Source: Patescibacteria group bacterium (GTDB taxonomy: Bacteria > Patescibacteriota > Minisyncoccia > Moranbacterales > UBA2206). Taken from it: a stretch of DNA of 64,000 nucleotides. The stretch is from the NCBI GenBank assembly GCA_022709735.1, contig JAKLIG010000003.1:6384-70383 (forward strand), in the 5' to 3' direction. This document shows positions 58,839 through 64,000 of the stretch, piece by piece. The notes beneath the pieces are model-generated. The model did not search any database. It was given only the letters and a program-made list of their open reading frames with translations, and was not told the origin of the DNA. Each line of letters opens with the position of its first letter. The stretch's first letter is position 1. The translations under genes and the position numbers were made by a program.

Positions 58839-59295
58839 AAAATGTCAAAAATTTCCTAAGAAATTTTTGCCACATTTTTTAGACCTTGCCGAAGCTCAAA
58901 GAGCGAAGGCAGGTCAAAAAAGTTATTTAAAGAATTTTAATTCCTTAATTTGAATAGACTCTTTTTTGTCTAGTTATTTCTAACCAGACGAGGCCATCCT
59001 ACGCCTTTCGGCTTCGGAATGGCAGGACTAATCGCAAAAAATTGTGATAGTACCGCGTGATGAATTTGCTAAAGCAAATTTATTTTACGCGGTTTGTCTT
59101 TCTAAATCAAAAGGTAGAGATTTAGAAAAACTATTAAATTATTAAAGTCCTTGTTTTTTCTTCTAATGAACAAAAAACACATCCTTGCACGCAATTTCAT
59201 TACATACAAAGATGTATTTTTTCACCCGTATTTTCAAAGTTTTTAGAGTTAAATTATTGTGCCTTTTTAGACTTAAATAATTATATGCAACTCGT

Positions 59296-59331
59296 ACTGT
59301 CTATATTAAACAAATTTATAAATCCTGTCAA
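59296..59331 (-). promoter_or_regulatory. Sigma70-type promoter for the 16S rRNA transcript
   Basis: Minus strand: TTGACA (59331-59326), 17-nt spacer, TAATAT (59308-59303). About 460 nt upstream of the mature 16S 5' end. Confidence 0.55.
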
Positions 59332-59344
59332 TAGCCTAAAAAAA

Positions 59345-60574
59345 TCAGATTTCTACCTCATTATTTTTGCAGATTTTTGCATATTCATAAAAGCTTTTTC
59401 GAGACTTTCTTTCTAGCGTTTTATAATCAATTTCAATAAGTCCAAATCTCGGTTCATATCCATAAAGCCATTCAAAATTATCCAAAAGCGACCAATAATT
59501 ATACCCTCTTACATCTACGCCTTCTGAAATTGCTTTGTGCACAAACTGCAAATGCTCTCTGATAAATTTAATACGCTCCTCATCATCTAGACCAATATCT
59601 GTCGGCACACCATTTTCAGTGATATAAATTGGCAAATTATGTTTTCTTTTCACTTCCATCAAAACTTTATACAAACCTTGCGGATAAGTTATCCATTTCA
59701 TCAAATTATTTTTATTTTCTTCGATTGTAAAACCAAAATAAACCTGATTTTTTGAATCCATTTTGATATTTCTCCAATCAAACTTAATCCGGCCTAAACG
59801 ATAATATTGGATAGCTACAAAATCCAGACTTTTTTTTATTTTATTATCGATAAGATTCACTCGATACCATTTTGAAAGTCTGTTTATAATTGCTACCAAA
59901 AAACCAAGATTTTCTGATTCATACCAATTATATAAATAACTAACGCCGACCGGCACACTCGGATATTTTTCTTTAATAATTTGATAAGCTTTTTTATGGG
60001 AACTGGCAACATTATTTAACGCTTTCCAAAATTTTATCGGATTTTTGTATCCCGGCGGGAAAACTCCAGCTAGATATCCTTGTCCAAGCGGAACCATTGG
60101 CTCATTGAAAACTTGATATAAGTCAATTAGATCTCCCAGCTCATCCACAACTTTTTGCACATAACGCGAAAATATTTCAACCGATTTTTTTTTGTGAAAT
60201 CCATATTTCTTCGAAAACCAAAGCGGGTTCACCCACCACCACAGCGTCACTTGAGTTTTTATATTTCTATTCTTTAGGTCTTTAAGGACTTCACGATAAT
60301 GCACAAATTCTTTTTCAGAAAAAATTCCTTCTTCTGGTTCAACTCGACTCCATTCAATCGAAAGGCGATATGCCTTGCAATCTAATTGGGTCAAAAAATC
60401 ATGATCGGTTTTGAAACGATTATAATAATCACAGGCTACTCCGGACTCATCTTTTGTTTTTCCGCGCTTCTCCCATTCCCACCAATCAGAATTAGAATTT
60501 CCACCTTCAACTTGATACGACGAAGTTGCCGTGCCCCACAAAAACCCCGCAGGAAATTTTAATTTATTTGACAT
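59345..60574 (-). CDS. Glycoside hydrolase family 1 (beta-glucosidase-like)
   Basis: 409 aa. N-terminal FLWGTATSSYQVEGG. NEP acid/base region. ITENG nucleophile motif. Confidence 0.8.
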   Translation of the reverse strand: MSNKLKFPAGFLWGTATSSYQVEGGNSNSDWWEWEKRGKTKDESGVACDYYNRFKTDHDFLTQLDCKAYRLSIEWSRVEPEEGIFSEKEFVHYREVLKDLKNRNIKTQVTLWWWVNPLWFSKKYGFHKKKSVEIFSRYVQKVVDELGDLIDLYQVFNEPMVPLGQGYLAGVFPPGYKNPIKFWKALNNVASSHKKAYQIIKEKYPSVPVGVSYLYNWYESENLGFLVAIINRLSKWYRVNLIDNKIKKSLDFVAIQYYRLGRIKFDWRNIKMDSKNQVYFGFTIEENKNNLMKWITYPQGLYKVLMEVKRKHNLPIYITENGVPTDIGLDDEERIKFIREHLQFVHKAISEGVDVRGYNYWSLLDNFEWLYGYEPRFGLIEIDYKTLERKSRKSFYEYAKICKNNEVEI

Positions 60575-60579
60575 AATAT

Positions 60580-61296
60580 TTATTTTCTATATTCTAATTT
60601 CTTATAGGGATATGGTTTAAAAATTTTTTTCCAATGCCTCCATTGTTTTATCAATTCCATTAATCCAAGATTGTGTGAATGATATACAGAAAAATTAAAA
60701 TCTCTAATTACTTTATAACCCTTTTCAAACCAAAAACCTGACCATTCCATATCTTCTCCACCAAGACCATATGATTCATTTAAATTATACAACTTCCAAA
60801 GATCTTTCCTGATAATCGCATTAGTAAAGCCCAAAACTCCCATACCCTCTTTTTTTACAATTTTTTTTGGTCTAAAAATTTTTATAATATTTTGCAACAT
60901 TCCATTGAAAAAAACTTTTTCCCAAAAAGTTGCATCGGGCAATGCTCTCACAGGTCCATATACTCCCATTATTTCGTCTTCAATAAAATCATTGATCCCA
61001 TCCTCTAGCCACGTTTTTGAAATTGGCAATGAATGAGCACTTAAAAAAACAAAATATTTTTCTGCTTGAGCATTCCTACATCCAAAATTAAGAGCGAAAG
61101 GGAAAGAAAATTCCTCTTGTTTAATTTTAAATAATTTAACTGGATAATTTTTTATTATTTCTAATGTTTTATCAGTTGATCCTGAATCAATAATAACAAT
61201 TTCAAAATCTTTATATGTTTGTTCTAATAATCTTTTTAGAACTTCACCTACCCATTTTTCTTCGTTTTTTGTTCTAATTATTATTGATGTTTCCAT
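60580..61296 (-). CDS. Glycosyltransferase family 2
   Basis: IIRTKNEE...VIIDSGSTDKT GT-A fold start. DxD-like GGED. Confidence 0.7.
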   Translation of the reverse strand: METSIIIRTKNEEKWVGEVLKRLLEQTYKDFEIVIIDSGSTDKTLEIIKNYPVKLFKIKQEEFSFPFALNFGCRNAQAEKYFVFLSAHSLPISKTWLEDGINDFIEDEIMGVYGPVRALPDATFWEKVFFNGMLQNIIKIFRPKKIVKKEGMGVLGFTNAIIRKDLWKLYNLNESYGLGGEDMEWSGFWFEKGYKVIRDFNFSVYHSHNLGLMELIKQWRHWKKIFKPYPYKKLEYRK

Positions 61297-61323
61297 TTTT
61301 GAAAATCAGATTTGTAAATAAAC

Positions 61324-61932
61324 TTAAGGCAATTGCGGAATATTCACTCCTTTTGGCATATTAATTCCAGCTGGAATATTTTTCATCATGTCCTTCAGCA
61401 TCTGGCATTGATCAGTAAAAACAATATCTTTTGGAATTGAAAAATCAGTCCCAGAATATGGTAAGCAAGAAACATCGGTAGAATTTTCAAAAAATTCTTC
61501 ATCACTTATAGAATCTGCTATTGGTTCTTGTCCGCCTTGTGCCTTTGGGATATTTTTTTCCATTTCTTCCATGCAAGTTTTTGCCATTTTCATTCCGGTT
61601 TTTTCACCCTCGGCCCAAGAATACATGGCTGTTTCATCAAAAATCACAATTTGTTTTTTGCCCATAACAGTTGACTCCGCTTTATATTTTTTTCCGTTAA
61701 CATAAGCGGTTGAAGTTATGTCTCCACCTTCACCTTTGAATCTATATTCGCATTTCATAGCTTTTCCCAACCCCATCGCGTCCTTTATCGAACTGATTAC
61801 TCCACTTGTCTCTACGCCAGCACCATTTTTATTTTCCACCGCAGATCCAGTGAAATTATTCGCTACTTTATTCCCACATCCTGCCAAAAGCAGAATGCCC
61901 GCCGCCAAAACGGCAATTTTCATTTTTTTCAT
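61324..61932 (-). CDS. Lipoprotein (hypothetical)
   Basis: Signal peptide with lipobox LLAGC. Start moved to the internal Met. Confidence 0.5.
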   Translation of the reverse strand: MKKMKIAVLAAGILLLAGCGNKVANNFTGSAVENKNGAGVETSGVISSIKDAMGLGKAMKCEYRFKGEGGDITSTAYVNGKKYKAESTVMGKKQIVIFDETAMYSWAEGEKTGMKMAKTCMEEMEKNIPKAQGGQEPIADSISDEEFFENSTDVSCLPYSGTDFSIPKDIVFTDQCQMLKDMMKNIPAGINMPKGVNIPQLP

Positions 61933-61964
61933 ATAATTTTTTATTTGAATTAACTTGTTATTCA

Positions 61965-62345
61965 TTAAAACTCACCGAATACAGGGAATAATTTATCCCC
62001 TATATCAATAACTGATCGAAAAATAATAACATAAGCAATCAATGAAATAAATGTAAGAAAAATAATAAGTTTCTTTGGCTGTTCTCCTTTTTTTTCATAA
62101 TATTTTGCAATTCCATAAAAGATACCCATAAAAAGTAATGCTAATATAATTGCCACAATAATTCCATAGCGTGATTGAAAACAATCACACATCGGCATAT
62201 CTAAAAATGCTAATAGGATTAAAAATATATACGACGGCAATAGAGAAATAAGACAGTTTTTTGCAGAAAAATTTCTAATCAATACAATCGCTGCGGAAAC
62301 AGAAAAAACTAAAAGAATTAAGATTATAAATATTATAAGTATCAT
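61965..62345 (-). CDS. Small integral membrane protein
   Basis: 126 aa, 3-4 TM helices. Confidence 0.4.
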   Translation of the reverse strand: MILIIFIILILLVFSVSAAIVLIRNFSAKNCLISLLPSYIFLILLAFLDMPMCDCFQSRYGIIVAIILALLFMGIFYGIAKYYEKKGEQPKKLIIFLTFISLIAYVIIFRSVIDIGDKLFPVFGEF

Positions 62346-62381
62346 ATATTTTTAATATTTAAATTAATTATTATTTTAATA

Positions 62382-63131
62382 TTATTTCCCTCCTCCACCT
62401 TTTTTCCATTTCACGCTTTCGAGAAGCAACTTGTGATAATCGTCTTCCATTTTAACTTTGAGTTCAGACAATTCTTTTTTGGACGGATTACTTTTATTGA
62501 ATTTGATTAGTGGCACATTTGAAATTAGCGCCATTGGAGTCTGTTCCGCTCCTTCCCCCATAACTGACACGGAAGCAATCGCCAAGGAATCAACCACATC
62601 CACTCTAGTTCCTCCCAAACCCCTTCCAAAAACATCTTTCTTGCCGATATAATCATTAAGCGCCAAAAATCCACTGTGAGAAATTGCTACTCCGGAGGTT
62701 CCGCGCCGAAGAATAGTTGATTTACTGTCCGTTATAATTACGCCAAAATTTTTAAGAGAAAACTTTTTCGCTAAATATTTTCTAATTTTATTAGCACAAT
62801 TTTGAGGATTTTTCGGCCAAAGGATAAAATAACCATTGCCATTAGACCTATCAATTCCGCTGGAAAAAATTATAATATTATTTTTGATCGTCAAATAAAT
62901 TTTCCGGCTTTTGAAATTTAACGGTAGAAAAAAATCCGCTTCTTTTCTGATCAAGTCTTCCTTTTTCATCTTCCCGATCTTAACCACACTTCCTTCGCAA
63001 ATAGAAACAATTTTCGAAGTAATGGCTAGTATCGAATTTTCTTTTAGTTTTGGAATATATTGATCAACTATTTTGAGAATATTTTTATCAGCGGTAGTAA
63101 TTTTGTGCGTCCGGATCGGAGTAATTTTCAT
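62382..63131 (-). CDS. CofE-like gamma-glutamyl ligase family protein
   Basis: GEGAEQTP and ALISNVP blocks typical of F420-0:gamma-glutamyl ligase homologs. Start moved to the internal Met to abut the serS stop. Confidence 0.55.
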   Translation of the reverse strand: MKITPIRTHKITTADKNILKIVDQYIPKLKENSILAITSKIVSICEGSVVKIGKMKKEDLIRKEADFFLPLNFKSRKIYLTIKNNIIIFSSGIDRSNGNGYFILWPKNPQNCANKIRKYLAKKFSLKNFGVIITDSKSTILRRGTSGVAISHSGFLALNDYIGKKDVFGRGLGGTRVDVVDSLAIASVSVMGEGAEQTPMALISNVPLIKFNKSNPSKKELSELKVKMEDDYHKLLLESVKWKKGGGGK

Positions 63132-64000
63132 ATTTTTTTCGCCTGAATTTTCTCCATTCCTCTCGGCATCCATTTTCGAAGAACTTCTGGGATTATTACA
63201 GATCCGTCTTCTTGTTGATAATTTTCAATAATGGCAATTAGCGCTCTTGAAATCGCCACGGCGGTACCATTTAGCATATGCAAAAATTCTTTTTTGCCAT
63301 CTTTTCTTTCAACTTTGATATTGAGCCGGCGAGCTTGATAGGTTGTCGTATCAGATGTGGAAGTTATTTCTCCCCAACCGTCTCGACTGGTCATCCAAGC
63401 TTCCAAATCATATTTTCGATATGCCGGACCGCCGAGATCGCCCGTGCAAATATCCACTACTCGAAATGGAATTCCTAAATCTTTAAAAATTTCCACCTCA
63501 ATATTTTTTAGCTCCGTATGCATTGCCTGCGAATTTTCCGGAGTAGTATAGGCAAACATTTCCAATTTCGTAAATTGATGCACGCGATAAAGTCCGGCGC
63601 TATGTCGGCCATAACTTCCCGCTTCTGTCCTGAAACAATGAGAAAGCGCGGCATATTTCAAAGGCAGTTTATCTTCCGAAATTATTTCGTTCATATGAAA
63701 TCCGCCCATAGTAATTTCTGCTGTCCCGATTAGGCTTAGATCCGTATTTTCCAGAGGATAAATTTGAGTTTCTTCTCCGCGCGGGCTAAATCCAATTCCC
63801 GTAAGCACTTGGTCTTTGGCAATATCCGGCGTAGTAATTGGAGCAAAACCTTTTTCAAAAAGTTTTTCAAAAACAAAATTAATGAGCGCTTGTTCCAAAA
63901 AAACTGCTTCATTTTTGAGAAAATAAAATTTTGATCCGGTTACTTTCGCGCCTCGTTCAAAATCAATAATATCCAAATTTTTCATCAGTTCTTCATGGCC
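63128..64000 (-). CDS. serS: Seryl-tRNA synthetase (C-terminal catalytic part; N-terminus lies beyond the right window edge)
   Basis: Class II aaRS motifs (FRTEAGSYGR, GLYRVHQF, GTAVAISRALIAIIE). Confidence 0.85.
   Translation of the reverse strand, partial: GHEELMKNLDIIDFERGAKVTGSKFYFLKNEAVFLEQALINFVFEKLFEKGFAPITTPDIAKDQVLTGIGFSPRGEETQIYPLENTDLSLIGTAEITMGGFHMNEIISEDKLPLKYAALSHCFRTEAGSYGRHSAGLYRVHQFTKLEMFAYTTPENSQAMHTELKNIEVEIFKDLGIPFRVVDICTGDLGGPAYRKYDLEAWMTSRDGWGEITSTSDTTTYQARRLNIKVERKDGKKEFLHMLNGTAVAISRALIAIIENYQQEDGSVIIPEVLRKWMPRGMEKIQAKKI

Overview
AT-rich, small-gene window, almost entirely minus-strand coding, which looks like a Candidate Phyla Radiation (Patescibacteria) chromosome; the affiliation is an inference from 16S features. 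Left part (1-25000) is core: P-type ATPase, the division/cell-wall genes murC-murG-ftsW, trmD with a KH-domain protein, a type IV pilus cluster (pilB, pilC, four pseudopilins) flanked by a response regulator and two sensor proteins, rsgA, a patatin-like lipase and a UvrD-family helicase. Right part: an unlinked 16S rRNA gene (57298-58838, minus) with a sigma70-type promoter about 460 nt upstream, a leader/trailer processing stem and no 23S, 5S or tRNA downstream. Then GH1, GT2, CofE-like and serS genes. The main finding is that about 330 nt of 16S 3' trailer, plus the last ~27 nt of 16S itself, occurs a second time at 25012-25447, 31.8 kb from the rRNA gene and in direct orientation. The bracketed interval (25448-57284) carries four tyrosine integrases (one disrupted), phage terminase small and large subunits, ParB plus a DNA methyltransferase, a KAP P-loop NTPase, a Fic protein, HNH-like and radical-SAM-like proteins, a housecleaning cluster (four HAD, Nudix, MazG) and a membrane/MFS module with its own repeated intergenic motif. 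I read this as a roughly 32 kb integrative island inserted at the 3' end of the 16S rRNA gene, with the old host trailer displaced to the far side. Other recurring non-coding elements: a GC-rich 24-nt palindromic element (two copies, one inside the trmD 3' coding end), an 18-nt motif directly upstream of two adjacent start codons, and a 50-nt hairpin-containing repeat upstream of two small phage-region genes. No CRISPR array or tRNA gene was found.
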